Positions 19,261 to 28,705 of a DNA stretch of 64,000 nucleotides are shown here, piece by piece. This stretch comes from Nitrosopumilus sp. (lineage in GTDB: Archaea; Thermoproteota; Nitrososphaeria; Nitrososphaerales; Nitrosopumilaceae). Numbering within the stretch: position 1 is the stretch's first letter; every line of letters begins with the position of its first letter. The notes under the pieces are model-generated. The model saw only the letters and a program-made list of their open reading frames with translations. It ran no database searches and was not told where the DNA came from. The position numbers were made by a program, and so were the translations under genes. The stretch is from NCBI GenBank assembly GCA_965207075.1, contig CBDBLO010000002.1:1600001-1664000 (forward strand), written 5' to 3'.

Positions 19261-19886
19261 ACCGGCTCGTCGACCATCCGGGGCCCGTCGTCGGTCACCT
19301 CGAACCCCATTACGCGTAGCGTCTCCGCGGCCGTCGGGGAGCCGCGCTCGAGTATCTGCTCGGCGAGCTCCTGGCGGCGCTTCCGGCTCATGTGCTGCCC
19401 TATCTTGTACTTGCCGTGCATGACCTCAGGCGTGATCTTCAGGATGGCGACCGCGTCGACCACGCCCATGTCGGGCCTGACAGGCTCGTAACGGCCCTCC
19501 GGCTGGTACTTTGCCATGAGGCCGTTGAGCGCAAGCGCCTTCTCGCCGCGGTCGGAGACGATGCTGCACGCGCCCTTTATCACCACGCTGATGTACAGCG
19601 TGTCAGCAACCGACGCGTCGAGTGGATCCTCAAAGTAGGACGGCAGGAACTCCAGCTCCCTGTCGACCTCGAACCCGACCCTTGGGTTCCGGGCGACGTT
19701 GTCCAGCTTTTCGCCGCGCGTGTGCGAGTGCATGTATACGGATCCGTCAAGGTACGCAAAGTTCATCGGTATGACCTGCGGGTACCCGTCGCGGTCCATG
19801 CTTGCGATCCGCCCTATGTGCTCAGAGTTGAGGAACTCGATCATCTTTTCCCTGGATTTGATGCGCAGTATGCCCGCATGCTGCAT
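19254..19886 (-). CDS. Pyridoxamine 5'-phosphate oxidase-like flavin-binding protein
   Basis: GRIAS..YPQVIPMNF..GEKLDN..NPRVGFEVD..YISVVIKG. Confidence 0.85.
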   Translation of the reverse strand: MQHAGILRIKSREKMIEFLNSEHIGRIASMDRDGYPQVIPMNFAYLDGSVYMHSHTRGEKLDNVARNPRVGFEVDRELEFLPSYFEDPLDASVADTLYISVVIKGACSIVSDRGEKALALNGLMAKYQPEGRYEPVRPDMGVVDAVAILKITPEVMHGKYKIGQHMSRKRRQELAEQILERGSPTAAETLRVMGFEVTDDGPRMVDEPVW

Positions 19887-19966
19887 GGGGGGAGGTACCC
19901 CGCATAGTGCTATAAATCAAATGTGCAGGCACGGGTCGCGCGGAACGGATGCCGCGGGTGCGGCAG

Positions 19967-21070
19967 TCACGACGCGGCCGCCTTTTCGCGCAGGGCGGGC
20001 ATCACGTGGCTGGCAAACTTGTCAATCGAGCCGAAATAGTTCTTGCCCCAGAACCTGATGACAAAGTGGTTGACGCCGGCCTCCATGAACCTCTCGAATA
20101 CCGGTATCACGTCGTCGGGGGTTCCCACGGCGGTGGAGGAGCGCGCGATCGGGTCCGGAATCTTTGTTGCGGCCTCCCTCATCTTTACTATCCAGTCCTG
20201 GTTTGACATCGAGTATTCCGTAAAGTACTTTCTAAAGTCAAAGCCCTCTATCTCCTTGAGCCCGTGCACCCGCAGTATCTCGGGCTTGAAGAGGCTCACC
20301 TTTACGGCCTCCTTCATGCGCGCCCACGACTCCTCAGAATCGTCTGAAAAGTACACGTCTATGTCCAGCGCATACTCAAAGTTGTCCTTCTCCTCCTGCG
20401 TCCGGCCGCTTGCGTCCATCGACGCCTTGATCTGGCCCGCGTGATCCTCGAAGAGCTCCGGCGTGTACCCGATGGGAAGCCAGCCGTCGCCGAGCTTGCC
20501 TGTGAGGGCAAGCGTGCGCTTGCCGCCGGCCGCCATGTACGTGGGCGGCCTGGGCTTCCTGATCGGCGGCGCCTGCAGGCAGGCCCCCTCCAGCTTGTAG
20601 TACTTGCCGTCATAGTCCACGGTGTTGTCCGGTGTCGAGCCATACAGGGTGTGTACAACCTCTATCTGCTCCTCCCACTTTGAGACGGGCTTTTCAAACG
20701 GAATGCAGAACTCCTTGAGGTTCTGCGCCTCGCCGGCGCCTATGCCGAGTATGGCCCTGCCCTTTGAGACGCGATCAAGCGTGATTGCCGCAAGGGCGAT
20801 GTTTGAGGGGTGCCTGCGGATGGCATCCGTTACGCACGTCCCGAGCTCTACGTTGTTTGTGACGGCCGCAATTGCGGACAGCATGACCCAGGGGTCAAGC
20901 ACGATGGCGTTGGTCCACTGTGGGACGTTCGTATGGTCCATATAGAATATTGAGTCATAGCCGGTCCTGTCGGCAAGCGTACAGGCAGTCAGGATCTGGT
21001 CCTCCGTATAGCCGGCGCGGGCGACATTCAGCCCGTTTTGAATCCCAAACTTTATCCCGGTCCTGCCCAT
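19967..21070 (-). CDS. LLM-class (luciferase-like) F420/flavin-dependent oxidoreductase
   Basis: DPWVMLSAIAA.T, LDRVSKGRAILGIGAG, GDGWLP motifs. Confidence 0.9.
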   Translation of the reverse strand: MGRTGIKFGIQNGLNVARAGYTEDQILTACTLADRTGYDSIFYMDHTNVPQWTNAIVLDPWVMLSAIAAVTNNVELGTCVTDAIRRHPSNIALAAITLDRVSKGRAILGIGAGEAQNLKEFCIPFEKPVSKWEEQIEVVHTLYGSTPDNTVDYDGKYYKLEGACLQAPPIRKPRPPTYMAAGGKRTLALTGKLGDGWLPIGYTPELFEDHAGQIKASMDASGRTQEEKDNFEYALDIDVYFSDDSEESWARMKEAVKVSLFKPEILRVHGLKEIEGFDFRKYFTEYSMSNQDWIVKMREAATKIPDPIARSSTAVGTPDDVIPVFERFMEAGVNHFVIRFWGKNYFGSIDKFASHVMPALREKAAAS

Positions 21071-21129
21071 TCATGAAAACTCCTGCGTGAGAATACAAAA
21101 GTGTATCGATAGGCAAGGGCGCGGGCGCT

Positions 21130-21194
21130 GCTTGTGGGCGGCTTGTGGGCGGCTTGTGGGCGGCTTGTGGGCGGCTTGTGGGCGGCTTGTGGCG
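21130..21194. repeat. Intergenic 11-bp tandem repeat (GCTTGTGGGCG) x5 plus one degenerate copy
   Basis: Read directly; no spacers between units. Confidence 0.95.
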
Positions 21195-21310
21195 TATAAA
21201 TGGCAACGACCCCGGCGCCGCGGAAAGCACAGGCAGCAGCAGCAGCAACAGAAGAATAAGAAGACGACGCCATCACGCAATCGGCAGAAAAGACCAGAAA
21301 AGGCAGATAC

Positions 21311-22255
21311 TCACAGGTTGCCGGCCTTGATGTCCTCTAGGCACTTTACGACGTCCCCCTTTGATATTGGTATCGGGTTGGGATCCAGGTGTCCGCGGTC
21401 GGTCATGACCACGTCGGCGGCCTCTGACACGTCTGCCTTTAGTTCGAGCCTGTCAAAGCCGAGTTTTTCCATAGCCTCCTTGAACCTCTCATAGAATACC
21501 GACTTGTTGTGCTTGTGCGCCACCGTGGTGCACGACGACAGCGAGTACCCGTGGGGTACTCCCTCGTTTGAAAACACGTAGGAGAGCGCGTGTCCGAGCG
21601 TAGTCGAGCAGTTGCCAAAGCCCATGCCGGAGAGCATGGAGCCGTAGGGATAGTCCTCCGGCCTGTCCTCCATAATGGCGGCGTACAGAATGTCAAACGC
21701 CTGCTTGCACAGCGTCCTTGTCATGTCGTTTCCAATCTTGCTGTCGTACCCCTCCGTGGCCTGCGCGCACGCGTCGCACACAGAGTTCTTGATTACCTGC
21801 TCCGGCGTGCCGTCCATAAAGTACGAGTCAACCACCGCCATGTCGGCAAGGAACCTGTCCTCCCGGAGCAGCTTCTTCTTGCCCTCGAACTTTAGCACGC
21901 AGTAGGTGGTCATCTCGGCGCCGGTCCCAAAGGTGGTCGGTATCAGTATCTTCTCCTTTTTCATCTCGGGAGCCGCGTACTTTACCACGTCCATCGAGCT
22001 CCCGCCCCCGAGCCCTATCAGGACGGAGGGATCCTTGTCCTTGAACTGCGATATCACGGCATTGACGTCCTCAATCGATGGCTCCGGCGTCACCTTGTCG
22101 TACAGCATAAAGTCCTTTATACCCATCTTGGAGGTCCACTTGTCGGACAGCTCCGGCGGGACCGTGGTGACTATGAGCGCGTTCCTGGGATACTCGGTCT
22201 GGGACAGGGCGTCCTTGCCAAAGTTGATGATCTTCGGGATGCGCACGGTGTGCAT
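21311..22255 (-). CDS. Iron-containing alcohol dehydrogenase; probable malonic semialdehyde reductase of the thaumarchaeal 3HP/4HB cycle
   Basis: GGGSSMD, PTTFGTGAE, HALS..HG motifs; very similar, from memory, to N. maritimus Nmar_1110. Confidence 0.85.
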   Translation of the reverse strand: MHTVRIPKIINFGKDALSQTEYPRNALIVTTVPPELSDKWTSKMGIKDFMLYDKVTPEPSIEDVNAVISQFKDKDPSVLIGLGGGSSMDVVKYAAPEMKKEKILIPTTFGTGAEMTTYCVLKFEGKKKLLREDRFLADMAVVDSYFMDGTPEQVIKNSVCDACAQATEGYDSKIGNDMTRTLCKQAFDILYAAIMEDRPEDYPYGSMLSGMGFGNCSTTLGHALSYVFSNEGVPHGYSLSSCTTVAHKHNKSVFYERFKEAMEKLGFDRLELKADVSEAADVVMTDRGHLDPNPIPISKGDVVKCLEDIKAGNL

Positions 22256-22352
22256 AAATGGCCGAGATGTGGTTCATTATTATATCTTGCAGTCCGGGGG
22301 CGACAACCACAATGGCAGCGGCAACGTCGGTGACAATACCGCCGCCGCCGCC

Positions 22353-23768
22353 ATAACCATATCGGGCAGGGAGGAGATAATCGCAGAAAGCGACAGGCGG
22401 AGGGACTGCATCTCCATTCTGGAGGCGGGGCTGGCCGCGGCGGATCCGGCCATGTTCATACCAAGATACGTAAAGGAAGACAGGATATGCGCGCCTGGCC
22501 CCGGCGCGGCCGTGCGCCTGGACGACTATAGCGGCGTATACACGGTGGCGTTTGGCAAGGCGGCGGACTCTATGACCAGGGCCGCAAACGGCATACTGCA
22601 GGACAGGCTGTCCGGCGGCGTCATAACGATTCCAAGGGGGTCCAGGTCCGCCATAAGGGGCAGAAAGTTTCGCATATTCAACGCAGGCCACCCGGTGCCG
22701 GACAAGACGAGCGTCAGGGCCGCAAAGGAGTCCATCAAGTTTCTGCGCGCAAGGAGGCGCGGCGAGCTCGTGATATTCCTGATATCGGGCGGGGGATCGT
22801 CACTGCTTGCGCTGCCCGACGGGATCACGCTGGGCCAAAAGGTGCACATGACGAACCTGCTGCTCAGGTGCGGCGCGCCGATACGCGAGATCAACACTGT
22901 GAGAAGCGCCCTCTCCGGCGTAAAGGGCGGGAGGCTGGCGGGGCACCTCAGATGCGACGCAATGAGCCTGATAATGTCAGACGTTGAGGGCGACGACGTT
23001 GCAAGCATAGCGTCAGGTCCCACGTATCTGGGAGAGGCCGCAGGCGGCGGGGACGGCAGGTACGAGGCGGCGCTTGGAGTCATTGCCAGATACGGGCTGT
23101 CAAAAAAGGCAGACAAGGCAGTCATCGACTACCTCGGCAAAGGGGCCCGGGCGCGGCGTGACGGCCCCGCAGAGTCCGCCGGTTCCGGCACGGGCCGCAT
23201 GATGGGAAACTATGTGATTGCAAGAAACAGGGACTGCCTGGAGGCGATGGTCTCGGCCGCCAAAAGGCTCGGGTACGGGCCGTCCGAGTCCACGCCGCTC
23301 CAGGTGTTTGGCGACATCAAAGAGGCTGCAGACGCAGTTTATGGCGAGATACCACCCGACGGGCGCAGGTGCGTCATATTCGGGGGAGAGGCCACGATCA
23401 AGGTACTCGGGCGCGGCGTCGGCGGCAGGAACCAGGAGATGGTGCTCAGACTCCTCAAAAAGAGCCAGAAGATGCGCGGCGCCGCAGGGCAGGACAGGAA
23501 GAGAGGGGGAGGAAGAAGAAGGGGCAGGCTGGTAATCGCGTCGGCGGGCACGGACGGAATCGACGGCAACTCCATAAACGCAGGAGCCATTGCAGAAAAC
23601 GAGAGCGTAGACATCGGACTGATAAACGACGCGATAAGGAACAGCGACTCGGGGGGGTTCTTTGGGCGGCGCAAAAGAAGCGAGAGCGGCGGGGCCATGC
23701 CGCCGTCGCTCATCAGGACGGGGCCCACGCACACAAACCTGATGGACATAGGGGTCGTGCTGACATGA
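22353..23768 (+). CDS. Glycerate 2-kinase (DUF4147/MOFRL family); start ambiguous
   Basis: AFGKAA, GHPVP, LISGGGSS, VKGG, SDV.GD..IASGP, GGE, GGRNQE, TDGIDG, TNLMD. The ORF-track N-terminus overlaps the antisense ADH gene and is spurious. Confidence 0.85.
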   Translation: MTISGREEIIAESDRRRDCISILEAGLAAADPAMFIPRYVKEDRICAPGPGAAVRLDDYSGVYTVAFGKAADSMTRAANGILQDRLSGGVITIPRGSRSAIRGRKFRIFNAGHPVPDKTSVRAAKESIKFLRARRRGELVIFLISGGGSSLLALPDGITLGQKVHMTNLLLRCGAPIREINTVRSALSGVKGGRLAGHLRCDAMSLIMSDVEGDDVASIASGPTYLGEAAGGGDGRYEAALGVIARYGLSKKADKAVIDYLGKGARARRDGPAESAGSGTGRMMGNYVIARNRDCLEAMVSAAKRLGYGPSESTPLQVFGDIKEAADAVYGEIPPDGRRCVIFGGEATIKVLGRGVGGRNQEMVLRLLKKSQKMRGAAGQDRKRGGGRRRGRLVIASAGTDGIDGNSINAGAIAENESVDIGLINDAIRNSDSGGFFGRRKRSESGGAMPPSLIRTGPTHTNLMDIGVVLT

Positions 23769-23905
23769 GGCGCAGTAATTCGAGGCCGGCCTAATCTACG
23801 GGCCTGTCCGCATCTAAGGTCGGGAAAACCGGCAATCGCGCGAGGGTTACTCGAGCCGGGTGAGTGATGCACCCTGTTTTAATACGATAAAGCCGTATTA
23901 CAGAT

Positions 23906-24262
23906 ATGATTGAAAAGGAATTCAATCCAGACGTGCTGTACGGCAAAATAGTCCACTATTACATGGACAGGAGGGGGTACGACAAGGTAAAGGCAAACAC
24001 CATAGCACAGCGCGTAGTTCAAAGAGAGGCGCAAAGGCGCATATGCACAACAGAGGGGTGCGGCCACTTTTCGCACGACCATCTTCGAAACACCGGAATA
24101 TGCCTATCAGACGGCTGCACGTGCAGCAAATTTACGAACAGGCGCGGAATGCGGGCAGGACTCACGAGGGGCAAGGAGAAGGGGGAGGAGAAGGCAAGTG
24201 CTCCAGACGTTACGATGGCCGCGGCGGCGACAGCAATGCCAGATGGCGGCAGCGCCAGATAG
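23906..24262 (+). CDS. Small hypothetical protein with Cys/His metal-binding motif
   Basis: C-x4-C-x-H-x3-D-H..C-x4-C-x-C; TTTTAATA box ~25 nt upstream. Confidence 0.75.
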   Translation: MIEKEFNPDVLYGKIVHYYMDRRGYDKVKANTIAQRVVQREAQRRICTTEGCGHFSHDHLRNTGICLSDGCTCSKFTNRRGMRAGLTRGKEKGEEKASAPDVTMAAAATAMPDGGSAR

Positions 24263-24354
24263 ACAAGTGCAGTCGGCGCGCGATGCCGCGCGATAAAGCA
24301 AAAAGCGACGCGAGTAACTATGCATGACGCAAGGCAGAAGGCGGGCGCGGGGCG

Positions 24355-25356
24355 TCAGTGCGCCGGACCGTCGGCTCCCGCGACGGTCAGCGGCGCGGCA
24401 TCGATTCCAAGCCTTTGCAGGTCCCGTGCAAACTCCTCCTCGAACCCGTGCGTCGTATACACCGTCTCTGCCCCCGACTGCCGCACCATCCGAAGCAGTT
24501 CGGAATAGTCGCAGTGGTCGCTCATCGGTATCGAATAGTCGGCCCTCCTGCCAAACGCAAACCGCGGGGACTTTGCCCACCCGCTGAACCCGATCGTAAC
24601 GGCCCCGTATCTTGACTTTAGATCCCGGACGAACCGGGACTTTTCGGAGAGCATCGGGGATATCATCAGCCACGGCCTCCGCTCAAGCAGGCCCCTGGAC
24701 TCGGCCTCCGTATGCCCGATGCCGCCGGCAAGGCTTACGCCGAGCTGCCCGTGCAGCGAGTTCATCTCAAGCACGGAGTCGTGAAAGTAAAGAGGCATCC
24801 AGTGCCCGAACAGGCGGGTCAGGGTCTGGGCCTTGCCAAGCTGGTACCCCATCAATACGACCGGGACGCTCCGCTCGTACATCTCGGATATGAGGCGGTT
24901 TACGCGCTCCGTTACGTCCTGGACGGGGGGAAACTCGAATTCCGGCAGCCCGAACGTGCACTCCGTAATCAGCGTCTTGCACCGGGGCACCTTGGCCCCC
25001 CTCAGAAACCCCCTGTCGCGGGTGCAGACGTCGCCCGTATAGAACGTCTCGCCAAACAGGAGCCCCTTTGATCCCAGGATGTGGCCGCTGTCGACCATCT
25101 CAAAGCCGTCAGCGTGCTCGGAATGATCGTCGAGCCTGAACCCGCGCACGGCGGCTATCGCGTGCGTCTGCCGGGATGCCAGCAGCGTGCAGCGGTCGCC
25201 ATCGCGCCCGTTTCGGGACGCCGGCAGGTGGTCGGTGTGCGCGTGCGACACAAAGTTCACCGCCCCGGGAACGGGCGCCTTTGGGTCGAGCCAGACCTCC
25301 TGCGATCCGTCACGGCACACGATGCCGTTTGCAGTCATTCGTATACTCGGCGGCAT
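24355..25356 (-). CDS. MBL-fold/beta-CASP exonuclease
   Basis: SHAHTDH, SGHILGS, YTGD, ITECTFG, SDHCD motifs; start trimmed to ATG 25356. Confidence 0.85.
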   Translation of the reverse strand: MPPSIRMTANGIVCRDGSQEVWLDPKAPVPGAVNFVSHAHTDHLPASRNGRDGDRCTLLASRQTHAIAAVRGFRLDDHSEHADGFEMVDSGHILGSKGLLFGETFYTGDVCTRDRGFLRGAKVPRCKTLITECTFGLPEFEFPPVQDVTERVNRLISEMYERSVPVVLMGYQLGKAQTLTRLFGHWMPLYFHDSVLEMNSLHGQLGVSLAGGIGHTEAESRGLLERRPWLMISPMLSEKSRFVRDLKSRYGAVTIGFSGWAKSPRFAFGRRADYSIPMSDHCDYSELLRMVRQSGAETVYTTHGFEEEFARDLQRLGIDAAPLTVAGADGPAH

Positions 25357-25477
25357 GGCCGGGGTGCAGGGGCCTCTGATTTTAACATGAGGATGATCGG
25401 GCGGGCGGCGCCCGGCCCGCGCGGCGCGCATCCCGCCATGCATGGGGTTTAATACCCTCGCGGGCGCGCACCACCGC

Positions 25478-26341
25478 ATGGCCTGCGTCAGAATCAACGG
25501 GGTCGAGCTGGCAGACGCGGTGAAGGCGGACGTCAAGGGATCCGTGCTCCGGCTCCAACGCGAAGGGGTCGAGGCGTGCCTTGCGACCATACTGGTCGGA
25601 GACGACCAGGCCTCGGCCACGTACGTCAGGAAAAAGCACGAGGCGTGCGCAGAGGTCGGGATCAACGCAACAGACCACAGGCTCGGGGCCGGCGTCGGGC
25701 AGGACGAGCTCAACGCCCTCATCGAGAGGCTGAACTCGGACGCCCGGGTGCACGGCATATTGCTCCAGCTTCCCCTGCCCGGACACTTGGACGCGCCAGG
25801 GGCGATATCGAGGATATCGCCAGAAAAGGACGTCGACGGGCTCGGCATATCCAACATGGGCCGCCTCGCGGCGGGGCAGGCCGGACACGTGCCGTGCACC
25901 CCGCTTGCAGTCATGTACATGCTGGACCACTTCAAGATAGATCTCGCGGGAAAGACGGTCGTGATAATAAACAGGAGCAGTCTCGTCGGCAAGCCCCTGT
26001 ACCACCTGCTTCTTGGCAGGGACGCGACCGTAATCACGTGCCACTCAAAAACCGGGGACATTGCCAGGTTCAGCGGCATGGCAGACGTGGTGATCACGGC
26101 AGTCGGCGACAGGAGCAGGTTCGAGCTGACGCCGGACATGATTAGCGAAGGGTGCGTCGTAATAGACGTGGCAATCACCCGGCACAACGGAAAGCTTGCA
26201 GGCGACGCGGACTATGAGAAGGTGGCATCAAAGGCCTCCCACGCGACGCCGGTGCCCGGCGGGGTCGGGCCCATGACAGTTGCGATGCTGCTAAAGAACA
26301 CCACGGCTGCGGCGGCGGGTGCAAACGGAATTGAGCTCTGA
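25478..26341 (+). CDS. folD: Methylenetetrahydrofolate dehydrogenase/cyclohydrolase
   Basis: GILLQLPLP, KDVDG, PCTP, TPVPGGVGPMT. Confidence 0.95.
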   Translation: MACVRINGVELADAVKADVKGSVLRLQREGVEACLATILVGDDQASATYVRKKHEACAEVGINATDHRLGAGVGQDELNALIERLNSDARVHGILLQLPLPGHLDAPGAISRISPEKDVDGLGISNMGRLAAGQAGHVPCTPLAVMYMLDHFKIDLAGKTVVIINRSSLVGKPLYHLLLGRDATVITCHSKTGDIARFSGMADVVITAVGDRSRFELTPDMISEGCVVIDVAITRHNGKLAGDADYEKVASKASHATPVPGGVGPMTVAMLLKNTTAAAAGANGIEL

Positions 26342-26954
26342 GCGCGTGCAGGCAGAGAAGAGCAGGCTCCGCAAGCTCCTGCTTGAGAGGAGGGACGCCA
26401 CGTCGGCCGAGTACGCGGAGATTGCCGCGGGGCGCATACTGCGCAGGCTGCTCTCGTGCAGGGAGTTTTCAGAGGCCCTGACCGTGGGCGCGTACCACCC
26501 CATAGGAAGCGAGGTGCCCACGCTCGGGATAATATCAGAAACGATATCAGCCGGCAAGGAGCTCTACCTGCCAAGGGTGACGGACGACGAGGTGATGGAT
26601 TTTTGCCGCGTCCGCGACGTGTCAAAACTCGAGCGGGGCCGCAGGTACAGCGCGATAATGGAGCCGGCGGGCCCGTGCGCGGAGGCCCCGCCGCGCGGGC
26701 TTGACATGGTCATAGTGCCCTCCATAGCCGCGTCAGCCGACGGGCACAGGCTCGGCTACGGGCGCGGATACTATGACAGGTATCTTGAGAGGCGCAGGGG
26801 GGCCGCGACGACAGTATGCGCAATACTCTTTGAAAAGCAGGTCGCAAAAAGGATCCCGGCCGACCCGCACGACGCAAGGGTGGACATGATAGTAACCGAG
26901 AAAAGGACAAGATACGTGGACGGCGGGGCAGAACGCGCGGCGCGCGCCAGATGA
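26319..26954 (+). CDS. 5-formyltetrahydrofolate cyclo-ligase
   Basis: IMEP, RLGYGRGYYDRYL, HD.RVDMIVTE. Confidence 0.9.
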   Translation: MQTELSSERVQAEKSRLRKLLLERRDATSAEYAEIAAGRILRRLLSCREFSEALTVGAYHPIGSEVPTLGIISETISAGKELYLPRVTDDEVMDFCRVRDVSKLERGRRYSAIMEPAGPCAEAPPRGLDMVIVPSIAASADGHRLGYGRGYYDRYLERRRGAATTVCAILFEKQVAKRIPADPHDARVDMIVTEKRTRYVDGGAERAARAR

Positions 26955-26975
26955 TCCGGGTTCTGCGCGCGCCTC

Positions 26976-26986
26976 AAAAAAAAAAA
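26976..26986 (-). terminator. Oligo-T terminator downstream of purD
   Basis: A11 on the + strand (T11 on -), just past the purD stop. Confidence 0.55.
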
Positions 26987-26998
26987 GTCGAGCCGGCA

Positions 26999-28471
26999 TC
27001 AGGCACGCGAGGCCCCAAGCCCCTTTGCACGCGCATCCATGGCGTCCAGGCTCTGGGCGGAGCCTATGTCGCGCCTGTATTCTAGTCCCCCGGCCCTGAC
27101 GCACGAGTCGATTGCCTCGTTGACCCTGTCAGAGGCCCCCTGCACGGTGTCCGACGCGGCGCAAAACGCCACCACCCTGGACTTTTTGAGCGTGCGGTAT
27201 TTGTTGTACGCATGGCCGCCGCCCGGCGCGCCGTCATCGCCGGCGTGATCATGTGCATCACCATCACCGTCATTATCGCCATCGACTGCGCGCACGCAGG
27301 ACGCATAGTATGCCGTAACGCCCAGCCTGCCCGCCGAGTCGTCGTCCACCTCAAAGCAGGAGGCGTAAGGGCTGGCAGAGGGGTACTCCTTTGCAACCAG
27401 GTACTTGCAGACGCTCGCCTTGTTTGCAAAAGACACCGTGTCCCCGGACAGCGTGCCCTCCCACATGCGCACCAGCACCTCCGACAGCGGCGTCTCCAAT
27501 ACGGACATTATGTTGAGGCACTCCGGATCACCGAACCGGCTGTTGAACTCCATGAACCTGATTCCGTCCGCGGTCTTGAAGAACCCGCCGTTGAGCACGC
27601 CGGTAAACCCGAGGCCTCGCGCGCGCATGTCGTCTATCACCCTCTGCATTATAGTCTGGCAGTCCTCCAGATCCGAATCGGACAGAAACGGGAGCGTGAC
27701 GCAGTCAGAAAAGCAGCCCATGCCCCCCGTCCCGGGCCCCCTGTCGCCCTCGAGCCGGTACGGATAGTCGTACGTGGCGGGGGACATCACAAGATGCGTC
27801 CCGTCAGTGAGTCCCATGATGGTAAACTCAAGCCCGTCCAGCTTCTCGACTAGCAGCACCTGCTGCCGGCCACCGTGCGCTACAAGCAGCTCTGATGCAT
27901 ACCTGGCGCACTCCTCGTATGACGCCAGGTGCTCCGGCATCACCTTGACGCCCTTGCCCCCCGTCAGCCCCTGCGGCTTTACCACGAGGTGCATGCCGCG
28001 GGATTCAAACTCGGATATCGCATCGCCAAGCTGCCGCTCGTCCCGTACAATCCTGTAAAGCGGGGTATGCTCGGGGCAGAGCCGGTTCATCATCTCCATT
28101 GCATATACCTTGTCCCACTCTATGCGGGTGGCGGACTTGGTGCCGCCCACCGCCTTGAAGCCTTCGCGTACGAGGGCGTCCACCACCCCGTTGGCAAGCG
28201 GCTCGTCGGCGTTTACAAATGCATAATCTACAGAGTGCAGGCGGGCGTACTCCAGCACGGTATCCGGGTCGCTGGGGTTGCCAATTGTGTAATCACCGCC
28301 GGATCGCCTCGTACAGTCTGCAATGAGCGGGTTTTCGTGGGGCGTGACGGCGTACACGAGGGGCGCGTCCCGACTGCCGCCGGGAGGACTCTGCATCTCT
28401 GTCGCCGCGCCTGCAAGGTTTAGCGCAAAGGAGGCCTCGCGTCCGCCCCCGCCCACCAGGAGAAACTTCAT
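26999..28471 (-). CDS. purD: Phosphoribosylamine-glycine ligase
   Basis: VGGGGRE, GGKGV, DRGPGTGGMG, EFNSRFGDPE. Confidence 0.93.
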   Translation of the reverse strand: MKFLLVGGGGREASFALNLAGAATEMQSPPGGSRDAPLVYAVTPHENPLIADCTRRSGGDYTIGNPSDPDTVLEYARLHSVDYAFVNADEPLANGVVDALVREGFKAVGGTKSATRIEWDKVYAMEMMNRLCPEHTPLYRIVRDERQLGDAISEFESRGMHLVVKPQGLTGGKGVKVMPEHLASYEECARYASELLVAHGGRQQVLLVEKLDGLEFTIMGLTDGTHLVMSPATYDYPYRLEGDRGPGTGGMGCFSDCVTLPFLSDSDLEDCQTIMQRVIDDMRARGLGFTGVLNGGFFKTADGIRFMEFNSRFGDPECLNIMSVLETPLSEVLVRMWEGTLSGDTVSFANKASVCKYLVAKEYPSASPYASCFEVDDDSAGRLGVTAYYASCVRAVDGDNDGDGDAHDHAGDDGAPGGGHAYNKYRTLKKSRVVAFCAASDTVQGASDRVNEAIDSCVRAGGLEYRRDIGSAQSLDAMDARAKGLGASRA

Positions 28472-28705
28472 TCGGGTCGTAGTGACGGCGAGGTACGAAC
28501 GTAATTAAAAGATTGGACACGTACGGCCCACCTTTGACATGCCACATGCGGCGGCAAAGCGTGCGCGTGCCGGAACCGGCCCATACCAAGCCCCGCCGCG
28601 CGCGGTGCAGCCGCTCCCCCCCCCCCCCAAGCACACCGTCGCGCAGGGCGGCCCTGATCCTAGCTTTATAATGCCGCGCGCAGATGCCACAGCCAAGGGC
28701 CGACA

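Noticed and set aside
21130-21194. CRISPR-like repeat
   Set aside because: Head-to-tail 11-mers without spacers form a VNTR.
21906-26187. Apparent N-terminal fusions in ORFs 21906..23768 and 24355..26187 (also 43754..45772)
   Set aside because: The extensions overlap neighbouring real genes; true starts lie downstream.
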